DNA of 64,000 bases from positions 62,001 to 126,000 of the forward strand of contig NIVC01001391.1 in the NCBI GenBank assembly GCA_002269645.1, given 5' to 3'. This stretch comes from Macrostomum lignano (lineage: Eukaryota). The notes beneath the pieces are model-generated. The model had not been told where the DNA came from, did not search any database, and saw only the letters and a program-made list of their open reading frames with translations. Both the position numbers and the translations under genes were made by a program. Each line of letters opens with the position of its first letter. The stretch's first letter is position 1. Shown one piece after another: positions 45,501 through 58,038 of the stretch.

Positions 45501-47166
45501 ACTCGTCAAGTACAAGATCAGGCACTACTAACTAAAAAAACAATCTTACATCGTAACCCGCTTCACGATAGCGAACTTCGGGTCGCTCCTCACGTAGCTC
45601 CTCCAAAGCTGCCGTCCTTGCGTTGAAGTAATCCTACAGTAGATAAAGGTATAGTAAGTTATACTACCACAAAGCAATCGAACTCAGAATGCATATTACA
45701 TACCTCTGTCCGTGGTGGGAACGTATTCCTCCCTATAGTAATTTCCGCGTCATAGGGATCCTCGCGGCCCCGCACACTAGGCGGAACTACCGCGACCGGA
45801 CGGAGGTCTCGCCGACCGTCTACTGAAGTCGGTATATGATGCCCTGTCAAAATAAGGTGCAATACAAGAGGAGTGGCAGCCATAAAAACTATACTTTCCA
45901 GACGGTCTACTTAAGGGCGACACTCGTCGGAGTCGATCGCTACCGTAGTCCACGAAAGCGAATTTACCTTCCAACTCTTCAAAGTACCCCTCCTGCGCCT
46001 TCCAATACTCTTCCCGCGATCCGTCCTGAGCCTCGGCCATTGTCAATCGCAATCAATCGTTCGAACAGTTCCAAGTCTCCTCTCTAACTCAATGACCTAG
46101 ATATCCCATTCATATGAAACTCAATCCACGCGGGGATTGCACAATATCCGTTATTGGCATATAGCATATAGATAGCACCGCGCTGTCAACCAACCACTCA
46201 ATGCCGAAGCCAGTAAAACCCCCCTCCCCGGTATCTTTCTACAAACCGACCTCTATGGGAAAACGCCACCCGTGACCCAAACTAGGGTGCAGGCATTTCC
46301 AAATTTTTATCAATCCAGCAACGAGCACGCAATTTACGCCCATGAAATGCATGCAGTCAATTCACCGACCCCGGCCTACTATAACCGGTACTATTATAAA
46401 CCCGAACGCATCGAGTGAGGTCATTTTCCTATTCCACTAGTGAACACCAAATTAGTAAACTTAAATAGCATGTCAAATCAATTCACAGATTTGCACGCAC
46501 TACTATAATGCCAAAATTATCTCTTAACGCACGTATATATGCATCGCATCTCACCAACCCTAAACTCTTTAACAAAATGTCCAAAGTCCCTGGGAATTCA
46601 CCAGCCAGAAGACCAACTACAATCTTCAACGATCCCACGCCCCCTTAAAAAACAACTCTATAAAATAGGTACCCCTAAACGGAATAAAATCTTCATTAAG
46701 ACTCCAAATAGAAAACACTTCAAACACGCGTTCCGAGCAAGGCAAGATCAACACCATGGCTGGTTTCGCTGCCGAATCCGTATTCCAACCGGGTGCTATC
46801 CAAGCCGACGTTGGTAATCTCCACCTAGGCGAACCCAACGCTCCTACAGCAAGCTGCACCTTCCGTAGCGTAACGTGGACGCCCCCAAAGTCGACAGGAG
46901 ATCCCCACTAGTGATTCAAACCACGACCCCAGTCGAGATTCTTCGTGGTGTCCAAATACAGGATGCCGGAGAGTTTTTAACCGGAGACCGTGAGGCGGTG
47001 GCCATCGGACTGTCATCATCGGCCTTTTGCAGCAAATTCCTACAATCCATCAAGTAATTTGAAGAATTCGCCATCCTCGTTACATGTGCATACTCACTAG
47101 ACCATGAATTCTTACTGCTTTTCAATCCCCTGCTCTCGCTAGACAAGTCGAAAGAGGCATCGCTAT

Positions 47167-48718
47167 TATAACAGTTTTTATTCCTGTTATCTTCTGCTCA
47201 CAAGTCAGAAAGAATTTCGAACACACCTGGCCTCTGAGGGCCCTGTTATGAGTGTGAGGCTCACATCTCCGAATCTCTCTCTCTGTGCCGCAAATTATCC
47301 AAAACAGTGTATTTTATAGTCAAGCAAGCAAACTGGTTTAGTTGACAAAATGAAGAGCAATGCATAGTTTGAGCGGGGCAGGGTTATCGCTCGAGCATTT
47401 TTCTCTGTCCCGTTGTTAGGCAACCATATCACCCCCCCCAAAGCATTGCTGCGAGTCTACTGTGTCACGCGTTCGCAGGCTGCTGGCTTGGCCTTCGAAC
47501 CTCAGCTTTGTTATCTGCCCTTTAGTGTAGAGCTGGTCTGGCTGGATAGAACCGGTTGAGACGAGAGGAGGCCGTTGTTTTTTCGCTTCGATGTAAGCAC
47601 AATTTCAGTGCTTACATATCTTCCCCTTTTTGGAGACTGACACTCGTGTCAGTCTGACACGAAGGTGTTGCTTCTCGATGTGACTTCGTCCTTGTAATAA
47701 GCAGTTTCATACTTGAATTCGTCACTAGTTGTTGTGGCTGAGCTAGTTAGTCGGCTGATTGGTTGTGCGTCGTAGTGAAGTCGATTTGGGCTGGGTGTGT
47801 TTGTCGGAAGCTACAAACCAGCAAGTCCCTTCTGTTTGCAGTACAGTTTGTCTGTGTTTTTCATGGGGCTCTTTTCCCCCGAAGTAGTCGTCAGTAGTTA
47901 CTCAATTTTCAATTCGCGGATATCTTGAAATACTGTTACTGCAGAACTCCATCAGGCTTGCCTGGTTGCACGTCCAGTGTCGCAATCTGGCAGTGTTACT
48001 AATTGAGTTTAAATTCTCACTTGTTTAATTATCCGTTTTGTACGCCAAGTCGTAGGCCAAAATTCGAAGAAATGAAAGCCAGATGTTGTGTTTGATCCAA
48101 AGTTGTGCCTTGACCGACTTAAACACTACGTGCATAGAAGATGAATAGGTTTTGTACCGATATCTCTTGGATTTCCATTGAACGATTCGAGTAGAGCGGC
48201 GGCTGCACATTTGTAACGGCTTGATGCGTCACAGTCGCGTCTTAATGTCGTCAAGCATACCACGTCGATAATTGTCTCTTGGCTCTCTGGAGAATCTCGG
48301 TTAGTTGAGGACGAATTAGTTACGTTGGGCCTCCGATTTCCGATGATGTTGAAACACGTTGCAACTTGGTCTTCTTGCTTGCTTGATGTGATGACTCGTT
48401 GACTTCACACTGACCTTGATCGAGCACGTTCTTTCTGACCTGTGGCAGGATGATGTTGTCTAGCGATGGAGAAGGCTTGTTGCAATCACCCCTAGTCAAG
48501 TTGGCGGAACTAGGTGACTCACTCTCAGGGAACCAGATATAACAGTTTTTATTCCTGTTATCTTCTGCTCACAAGTCAGAAAGAACGTGCTCGATCAAGG
48601 TCAGTGTGAAGTCAACGAGTCATCACATCAAGCAAGCAAGAAGACCAAGTTGCAACGTGTTTCAACATCATCAGAAATCGGAGACCCAACGTAACTAATT
48701 CGTCCTCAACTAACCGAG
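47167..48718. other. Inserted segment with a 48-bp direct repeat (47167-47214 and 48538-48585) and a roughly 140-bp inverted duplication (about 48290-48436 vs about 48575-48718)
   Basis: TATAACAGTTTTTATTCCTG...TCAGAAAGAA occurs twice; GAGCACG/CGTGCTC mirrored arms with about 2 mismatches. Confidence 0.8.
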
Positions 48719-49511
48719 AGGAGGTGATTACTTGACCTCTTTTTACTTGATACGTACAAACAACACGGAATCACAGTATCACAGCGGGAGATAAAAACCC
48801 CACTAACACTCGCGTATTCACCAGCCACCTTACAGTGGCCCCAATTAAAAACAGCGCTCCTGCAGGCTAGGGACCCGTCTCAATGGCGGGAAGAAGCGAG
48901 ATAGGCATTTAGAAAGCCACTCCAAAGAAGGGCATAAATGGGGCGGTTGTCTGGTGGTTGAGCGGTTCATCGGATCCCGAGGACCAATCTAATTGCCACA
49001 TGACCACCTCAGAAAACCCCAAAAGCACCCGTCATTGTATGGTCTGGGCGTGATCCACGCTCGGACTACATAATGAAGGGGCGGTCAAGGCAACACAAAT
49101 AAAATTAGAGCACCATCGAAGGAGCTAGTAAAGTTTCAGAATGAGTAAGCCACAACACTAGTACAAAAATCCAACCAAATAATCCAAATTTAACAATTAA
49201 GCGGACAAATTCACGCTTCACCTTACAATTTATTTTTGATTATTCGTACACAGTAGTAGTAGTGCTATCAAAGATGGACAGAAACACGAGAAAGTAGCAC
49301 GCATATGGCTTGTAGCATAAAGTAACATTAGTTCGCACGCATGATTCTGCGCATAATAAATCATAGCTTAGACCTGTAGCATACGGCAGTTTTTAAAAAA
49401 GAAAAGTTAAATAGAACAAATACTAAAAATGCTTATATATCTCCACAATAAAAGATGTTTTCGTCATTCCTTTCGCATAATAGTTACTTAATTAACTGAC
49501 AGGTTCCCATA

Positions 49512-49751
49512 TTAAGCAGATAGGGGCCGATAGCGGTACCGGCAGCAAAACGCCACGATTAAAACGCAGACAATGAGCAGGAGAAAACCGCCTCCGCCCA
49601 CTCCACCCAGCACACCTCGGAGCGCTCGGAGCCCAGAATCCGTCGCTAGAGCTTGATGGGATAGCTCTCCCACGCGCTCCTCCAAGGCCGATAGGCGCCG
49701 ATCCATCTTCGAGAGTAAGCTAGACAATTGCTCCACAGCATGCTGCGACAT
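49512..49751 (-). CDS. Hypothetical 79-aa coiled-coil + TM protein
   Basis: LSSLLSKMDRRLSALEERVGEL heptads; FLLLIVCVLIVAF TM; CCRYRYR tail. Confidence 0.55.
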   Translation of the reverse strand: MSQHAVEQLSSLLSKMDRRLSALEERVGELSHQALATDSGLRALRGVLGGVGGGGFLLLIVCVLIVAFCCRYRYRPLSA

Positions 49752-50040
49752 AGTGCCAACGTCACTCCCGCAAAAGCGTAGACAGTATAAGCAGTCAAAT
49801 TCTATATCCAACACTTGCCAGCGCCGGGGACTCCCTCTCAATTAACACTTATACCAGCCACAGTGGAGGGAACCCCCCCTAATAAAAAATCGATCGGCCC
49901 ACAACCGCCACCCCCCCCCCCAAGAGGGAAAGGGCGATAAACAACAGCGGAGGCCCCTGAAATCCACTAGCGTACATCAAAATAGTTCAGGCTGTACATT
50001 GCCACACAGAATCTAACTTAGAAAAAATCATTCCAGCGCA

Positions 50041-50364
50041 ATGGCTGACCACGAGTTGCGCCCCTATTCAGCACACGATGCCTATCAGAGGCGACCAGGC
50101 ACCCGATTTAGGGATGTCAACATACACGGGCAGCCTTGTTACAAGGCAGACGCCCAAACGCAAGCGACGCCAGAAGACATTGACGGGGGACGCTCAGTGG
50201 CCGCCGGAACGTCGGACCCCGAAGGGGGAGTCATTAGACTCCCCAGAAAAGAATGGCCAGGGGGCAACTACGCCCCCACCCCTGACGATTCATGGCCGAC
50301 ACTGCAAACCCGACGCCTGTTTGTCTGGCGTAAACCCTACTGGGCGCCCCTGGATGAGGAATGA
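50041..50364 (+). CDS. Hypothetical 107-aa protein
   Basis: Clean ATG ORF; no recognised domain. Confidence 0.4.
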   Translation: MADHELRPYSAHDAYQRRPGTRFRDVNIHGQPCYKADAQTQATPEDIDGGRSVAAGTSDPEGGVIRLPRKEWPGGNYAPTPDDSWPTLQTRRLFVWRKPYWAPLDEE

Positions 50365-51729
50365 ATGAAGGCGACGCTGCAACAAATTAACTAACTGACA
50401 CACTTCACATAGTACATAGCAATATCAATCTAATACTCGTACATAGCACTATCAATCATTAATAATCAATTAATCACTTGGCTAATTTTAATTTCTAACC
50501 CTATATCGTTAATATTATTATGTGCATTTCATTTCAGACTCGGAAGACTAATCCTCGTTACACAAGGATTTCAAAAAAAGGGGGAATAATATAGGGATTA
50601 GAAATTATGAAAGTTGGGACAAATAAGAGTTCGCTAAAGGGCAAAGTAAGAAGCAAAAAACAGGGGGCGAAAGTTCAATTTAAAGATAAGACACCTAAGT
50701 GAGAGAAATTAAAGAACGGCAAGAAAGTGAAATAAGCTATAGATAAGAAACTAACTTTGACTTTCCCCCAAGATTTCAGACTAAAACCAGATGATATCAA
50801 ATCGGCCGAGGTACCAGGCAGAGCCAGTCGGCGCGGTGCCAGGAGAAGCAATACGACACAAAGCCCGACTGGCGGGCGAGATAAAGCAATGGTCAACAGG
50901 CCAAGGTCAGCGGTGACGAACGACCCCAGGGAATAAGAGGACGACTCACCGAGGGACGCACGAGGGGTCTGACGTGCGAATCGACTCGAACGATGAACCC
51001 TGAACTGACCTTTAACCATCGCCTGATGCGACCAATTAACCGATAGCAGATTATCTCTCTCGCCCCGTAGCAACGCGCTAATCTAATGTTGCTGCGTCTG
51101 TTTTGGACACCCCGCCGTGGCTAATCAGCGGCGGGGATGACGTGTATCAAATAATCTATATAATAGACACGGCCTCGGCCCCCGAAATGGGCAACGGAGA
51201 AAAGAGTCAGAGTTAAGTCTGGAAGTCATATGCACTTCACAAAACCCTTGAGTTTACTTAATCTTCATCATTTGTGCCGTAGGCGCGAGTAATAAGCAGC
51301 CTAGTAGCGATCTCTTGTTGTAAGCTCTCTTAGGCTTCGAAGACGCAAAAGTAATCCAACAAGACCGCTAGACGACTACGAGAGAGAAGCATAACCGAGG
51401 CCCGAGAGAAAAGTCTTACAGCTATCAAACTAAAGCAAATAGGCGATCCGATGCCGCTGCTTCGCATCTCCCGCGCCACCGAGGAAGGCGACCTGGGCTT
51501 TGCCTAGTGTGTTGCCATAAAACCTACACTACCATGTTTCACCTTTCGAGCACTGCCTAATCAACACCCGCGTAAAGTTGACACAAGCGAGCTGAGGGGA
51601 CTTAGCGGTCTTTACCACCTATCCGTTCAGCTCACAAGTCTTTATCGTCAGAAGGAAAGCAAGACATGGCGCCTCGGCCTCGCCCTTCGCTCGCTGACAC
51701 TGGTCGACGACGACCCGAAACACCTGCCG

Positions 51730-52098
51730 ATGCTAGCCCAAGCTTTGCGGTTTCACATCCCAACTACGTCGACTCTAATCGCCGCCACCACCGCAACTGA
51801 GGAAGAAGAGTCAACAACTACGACGACGCTAGTGAAACCAGTTAGCGGACGAAAACGACGACAAGGCCCAACTCGTCGCAGCCCCGCCAAACGCCCCACC
51901 AAGACGACTGGAGCAGCAGCAGCAGCAGCTGAGGACTGGATCACGGCGACTCCCGTCAAAGATCTTGTAAGCGGTGTTACCAATACTGTCCCCAAAGCGG
52001 GTAAAGCTGTAGCCTCCAACCCAGCGCTAGGGGACGTGGACTCGGGGGCCTCGACGGAGCCCATGGACAGCGAAGATGATGAAGTCTTCGCACAGTGA
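51730..52098 (+). CDS. Hypothetical low-complexity protein with a basic NLS-like stretch
   Basis: GRKRRQGPTRRSPAKRP, T/A runs, acidic end; AATAAA just downstream. Confidence 0.35.
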   Translation: MLAQALRFHIPTTSTLIAATTATEEEESTTTTTLVKPVSGRKRRQGPTRRSPAKRPTKTTGAAAAAAEDWITATPVKDLVSGVTNTVPKAGKAVASNPALGDVDSGASTEPMDSEDDEVFAQ

Positions 52099-52324
52099 GG
52101 GTCTACAATAAAGCTTTTTCTTTGAAGTCTAGGTTTTTCATGGTAGTATCATAGGCTTCATAGCAGAACTAAGGCAACTGGCAAACCGTTAGCGTTCACT
52201 TGGTGGCGGGAAGCTATACCTATAACTCTAACTACCATTCTCCGTAAACGGAAACGCATCACCAAGAAATATATAAAAATCTTAACTGTTATACTGAATT
52301 TTTTCTCGTATTTATTCTTTTCAG

Positions 52325-52905
52325 AGATTGGTCCTACTAATAGTGCAAGCCAGAACGAGTACCCCTCCAGGAGAAAAGTTAGATTTAAATAGGCTAAAAA
52401 ACGTCTAGGCCAGGCGGGAATCCCCTCCAAATTATACTCCGCCAAGCCAAGTATGCTTCGTATCGGACTGCCCCAATTTTCATGTCAGTTCTACCCCGGA
52501 GGACTACTCACGCTTTATGGCTGTAGATCCCGAGTCCAACTTCTACGTGCCCTGAATTTCATACACCTTAAAGTAATTAAACTAATCAAAACATCGATTC
52601 GTATAATCAGCTCTACAACCGTTGGTCTGCTCCACTATCCTGGACTCAAATTTTCGACCCTGAAAAACTTTATCGGGCCTTTTCACACAGCTCGGCTGTA
52701 TTACGACGCGGAGATATTCCCACAAGCTATCACCCTCCGTAGTACTGCTCCACTCAATAGGACGGTGTGCAATATTTTTCATTCCCTTAAGATCGTTATA
52801 ATAGGTGCAGAGACTACTAGCCAGATTTTAGAAATGATCAACATTGTTCAACAATTGTGTCAGGAAGCCGCTCCGAAACCAGAATTTGTTCCAATTCTAG
52901 CCAAT
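52325..52905 (+). CDS. Divergent TATA-binding-protein-like domain (1-bp frameshift in the A6 run at 52396-52401)
   Basis: KLDLNRL ~ TBP KLDLKTI; MLRIGLP ~ IMRIREP; FYPGGLLTLYGCRS ~ IFSSGKMVCTGAKS; YDAEIFP ~ YEPELFP; NIFHSLKIVIIGA ~ LIFVSGKVVLTGA. Total length about 190 aa, with a 3' splice-site-like TTCTTTTCAG at 52324. Confidence 0.7.
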
Positions 52906-53672
52906 ATGACGAGCCAGTCTCGCATTTTTCTCCTGGAGGGCGTAATCGGTGCCGGGAAGTCGACGTTGCTTCGAGAACTGGCTCTCACCTCCCGCCTCGA
53001 GGGTTGGGCCGACAAAGCCGTCTTCGGTCCCGAGCCTGTTCACCAGTACGCGCGACACCCGCTCCTCCCGGACTCGGTAAATCTGCTTCAGTCATTCTAT
53101 CGAGGCGAGCTTCCGGCCGTCGCATTCCAACAGCACGTCTCCCACGACTTGCTCGACAGACAGCAAAGTAAGTGGTACTATAGTAGCTAGAAATTCCTTT
53201 TGTATAGCTCCTACTACATGTACAACCAATGTCGAAAGACAACACGGTATAGCTACTTTTGCCAACCTTGTGTTACCACCCAGGTCCGGAATGAGGTTAA
53301 CCAACAACCCTCGGGTCGGCTCGAGCGTTCCAAGACGTACTACACCGTCAAGGCTCGCTGTCTGACGCCGAATGGGTGATTGCTCAGCGCCAACTAGCCG
53401 TCCTCGAAGCGACTGAGGTACCCTTTACCGGCGCGAACATGACTCTTATTTACCTGCGCATTGACCCGGAGTTGGCCATTCAACGCATCGCCCAGCGCGG
53501 ACGCAGCGGTGAGGAGACTGGCATCTCCCTGGACTATCTACGATCGCTAGACGAGGCGTTTACACGCCACTACCAGGACTACTCGAACGTACACGAAATT
53601 CTAATCAGATCGGATACATCTACGACCGATCTAGCCCATCTTGTTGGCGGCATCATTCGTCGTGAGCTCTGA
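52906..53672 (+). pseudogene. Deoxynucleoside kinase (dNK/dCK family), split into N-half (52906-53167) and C-half (about 53301-53672)
   Basis: LEGVIGAGKST P-loop, EPV, NLLQSFY, AFQ, SARAF...GSLSDAEW, LIYLRIDPE...RIAQRGRSGEE...DYLRSL; GTAAGT at 53168. Confidence 0.85.
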
Positions 53673-56600
53673 CATGCACTTGATATTAACAACAACGATT
53701 TTCTGCTGTAGTAATAAACACCTAAATTCAATCGAGCCCCTACCAAGTTGAAAAAACACCACCTACCACTACTACCCCCTGGTACCTGAAGTAAAATTCC
53801 CATGCGTACCCAACTATTTTTTGTTTATCATGATGATCCATTCGAACTGCTGCAGACCCCTAAAAACACAACCATTGACTAAGTTATACGATCCTATTCT
53901 TTCAACCACCATCGACGACCTACTACTTACCAGCCTTCTGTTCATTCCCAAATATTCAAATTGTCTACATAATTGTATCTCTGCAAAGTAAAATACAGTT
54001 TAACCACGCGGCGGAGGACATTTTCGGACTGTTCCACCAAACTTGAGGCTGTGCATTCCTTCCTTATTTTTGCCACCGAGCAAACTATTTAGGCGATTAT
54101 CACAACCACCCCATCGCCAACAATTGCTAACAACATTCCAGCCGCCGTCGACGACGAAACAAATCAGATGCCCCGTGTGCCGGCAGAGATTCAACAGTCA
54201 AGCCGCCCTCCATGGGCACTCGCACAATGACTCGTGCTATCAACCAGACCAACTTTTACTTCGAGAACCAGTGCGTCGGCTAATCGAAGAGGACACTCCA
54301 CCAGGCTGGTCGGTACAACATACCGAGTCCGCACACCGAGGTCGGGCGAATTTTCTGACGTTCACGCCACTGCTGGACGAGGACGATGGCGAGACCGAAC
54401 CACCCAGCGAGTTACTTCCACAACTGCAAGTCCCACTTTTCCGTCTTTTTCACTCTCTCGGATCTGCGGACTGTTTACTCCGTACATGTATACATCCTAA
54501 TGTAAAAATGTATCGTACTCGTTATCCCCCCGCCAATGACACTGCTGCTGGTGAATCCCCCCACAACGAAGAGGTAGAAGTAATCGCGCCCTTCTTCAAT
54601 TCCAAAGTCGTTATGGTCTCCTTTGATGCGAATGCTCCAGCCGCCGGCCACCGTGTACTTCTTCTCTCTGAGGACGTTTTCAACCAATGGTACAGCGAGG
54701 CAACAAACGATCTGGTAGCTAAATTAGACAACTTTCAGTCCCGAGGTAGCAACTGGAAGTTCCTCACCGTTGTCAAGGTCGACGTTATGCTGTGCATATT
54801 TTGCCGAAAATATCTACTACTACAGTCGAGCAGCAGCAGTCGTCGGCAGCAGCAGCAGGACGTGTGGGGAGCGGGTTGCGGGGCGGCGGTGGTGTTGGCG
54901 GCGGGCGTGGCGGCGGCGGCGGCGGCGGGCGCGCAGGCGGGCGGCGGTCCAACAGAATCCGCACCGATCCGTTCCGTTCCATTCCGCGTTCCACTGGCTG
55001 TTGGTCGTATGCCGGGAGCGGTTTTGTTTCTACGCCCGCACCGAGCAGATAAGTATGATTGTTTTATGTATGCTGTCGTGTCAAGCGTCTTTTCCTCACA
55101 GGTCGAAGGGCAAGCCCGTAAAAGGCGAAAGGCGTCTTACAGGCCTTGGCTGAAAAGCTTTCGATTTACGCGCGCCGGAGTGACTCGTCACTCAATTGGG
55201 AGCTACAGAAAGTTTTGCCGGCTGAACCCTCGAATTAGACTGATGCGTGTGTTTGTCTGGAGCCATGCCACGAATACTGCCGTGCTGTTTTTTAATTTCC
55301 GTCGTTCCACTGGTGACCTTGCGCCAGTCAATTGTCTGTTCATACCACCTTACGCAGAATTCAAGTATGGACACTACATGGCGGTGCTAAATCTGGATAG
55401 GCTGTTGAGTTCTCGTGCTAAACGCCGGCGCTATTGTCCTGAATGTCTGGCGAGCTTTATTCACACCACGTCTTGGGATTATATCTTGAAAGAACGTGTG
55501 TGGCCAGACGACGGAGGAGCAACCAGGCGGCGGTGGCGGCGGCTTCATTCGAACGCCAAAGCCAGTCACGGAGGAGGTTTTACCAGAGGAGGGCAAGGCA
55601 CTTTTGTCTTTTTCAGCCTACGAGACTCGACTGCCGCCGCTGTATTTGGTTTATGCTGATATTGAGAGTCTACTTGTACCTGTTGAAAAGGCATCGGCGG
55701 GCCTCGTCAAGGGCCTGCCAGCGCCTACGGCTAACAGCCGTGTTTTACAAATTCACGTGCCCGTTTGTGTGGCCTTTCGTTTGGTTGTCGATCCGGATTT
55801 GGATAGTGTAACGAGGGAGGATTTGTTGCGCAGATACAATACTCCATGCAAGTTGTTTTATTCTACGCCTGGTACAACATATTGTATTTGCAGGTTTCTC
55901 TTGGCTCTGCGCGAGCTTGCATTCGAAGTAACTAATGCGACTAGCAAGATGACTTATAGACCAATGCTTAGAAAGTATCTAGGTCAGCGTCCTAGCGCAG
56001 ATCGATGCTACGTCTGTCGTCGCGAGTCTCAAGTCTGGGATCATTGTCATTTGAGTGGTCTTCCACGTGGAATGGCCTGCATGTCGTGCAATCGAAAACT
56101 TGCCCTGCAGCGCTATCGAATTATCGTCTACCTGCACAATCTTCGAGGATATGACGGTAAAATAATTGTTCGTGAGGTGTACAATGTGTTTAGTGGAGAA
56201 GACGACGTTCAACTGCACGTTCTGCCCGAGTCGAGGGAACGGTTTAAGACGTTTTCATTAAAGTTCAAGGTACCGCTGGCTGGCAGTCAACGGCCGCAGC
56301 AACAAAAGCAGAAGAAGAATTTTGTTTGGCTTGAAATCTGCTTCAAGGACACGTTTGCGTACTTGTCGACAAGTCTAGCTAGTCTGGCTAACCGTTTGAC
56401 GCAGGAACAGTTGGTACACTGTCGGGATTTGCTGAATGTTTATCCTAAACTCCAACTGTCTACTCTGCAGCAGAAGGGAGTGTTTCCGTATTGTTACTTG
56501 GACTCTGAAGAGAAGTTGGACAGTGTGACTGAACTGCCATCGCGAGATTTGTTTTACGACGCAATGACCCGGTAAGAGTGTTCTAAGGAGGAGTACACAC

Positions 56601-58038
56601 GCGCTCAGCAGAGTTGGCAAGAGTTTGATTGTGCCAATTTGCGTGACTATCTGACTGTGTATTTGCTGTTGGATGTACTACTGTTATGCGACGTATTTGA
56701 GAGTTTTCGTCGGACTGCAATTCGAGAATACGGTTTGGATGTGTGTCATTTTCTCGGATCGCCAATGTATAGTCTGGCTGCGTGTCTGTTGAAGGTGAAG
56801 AAGCCGATCGAGTTGTTTACAGACGCTCGTATGTACTCCGAGGTTGAAGCTTCGATTCGAGGTGGGTTCAGTTTCGGCACTCGTCATCTTACTACGGCAA
56901 ATAACCCATTGGTAGAAGAATGCCGTCGGCAGCTGGATGACGACGACGACGATTTAAGATAACTACGGCGGAATGCACCGTATGGCACTCACTTGGCCTA
57001 CCTTGATGCTAATTCTCTTTAAGCCAGTGGTATGGTGCAGGCACTACCGTATAAGGCCTATCGTTGGTTGCCCCGTGAAGTGATTGAAAATCTATCAGTT
57101 GATGATGAGGCAGCTGAGTTGGAAAATCCGAACAAGTCGAGCAAGTTTTTGGCTTGGTTGTCTAGCTATTGCTAGAATGGACGAGGGGCGTTATTAAATG
57201 TCGATCTTTACTATCCAAAGTTTTTGCACGACTCAACTGCCGATCTACCTCTGGTTATTGGCCATGAAAGAATTGATAGTGCCTATTTAACCGAGCATAT
57301 GAAGCAGGATTGGGTTTGTCTGCAACGCCAGCTTGATCCCAGGAAGAGGAATGCGGAGGTATACGAGGACGTAAAGCGATTCACTTCTCCGACAAGGAAA
57401 CTAATTGGTTCTGTTACTCATAACACAGGGTACATAGTACATCATCGAGCATCGCGTCTTTACCTCGAGTTAGGCATGCGCGTGACGCGTGTTAATCGTG
57501 TTCTCGAATTCGTAGAAGGTCCTATCCTACAGGAATACATTGAACATAATATTCTTCGGCGGTCTGAGGCGACTAGCGATTTTGATCGAGATTTCTTTAA
57601 ACTATTGAACAATGCTGTGTACGGCAAGTTTCTGCAGCGAGTTCGAGACCGACTCAGCTATCGCATGTGTACTACTGCCGAGAAGTTGGAAACGTATGTC
57701 GCTAAAGAGGAATTTATGGACGTGATTCTGTATACAGAACGTCTAGCGGGCATGAGTTTGACTCCTCGTCGAGTATTGCTAAACAAGCCAATTCTGATTG
57801 GTAGCGCTATTCTGGACCTCGCGAAAACATTTGTCTACGAGTTTTTCTATTCAAGGATTCAATTCCATCGGTCGCTTGCTTCTGCCCGCGTGCTTGGTGG
57901 AGATACGGATAGTTTGATCCTGGCATTGGTTATGGCCGACCCGGAGACGAGTCCTCAGGAGACATTGTTTAAAGACTAGGTGGAGTGCGGTTTGTTCGAT
58001 ACTAGTAATTATCCACCTTCTAATCCGCTTTATACAAC

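Noticed and set aside
52158-52445. 95-aa minus-strand hydrophobic ORF
   Set aside because: Overlaps antisense to the better-supported TBP-like frame.
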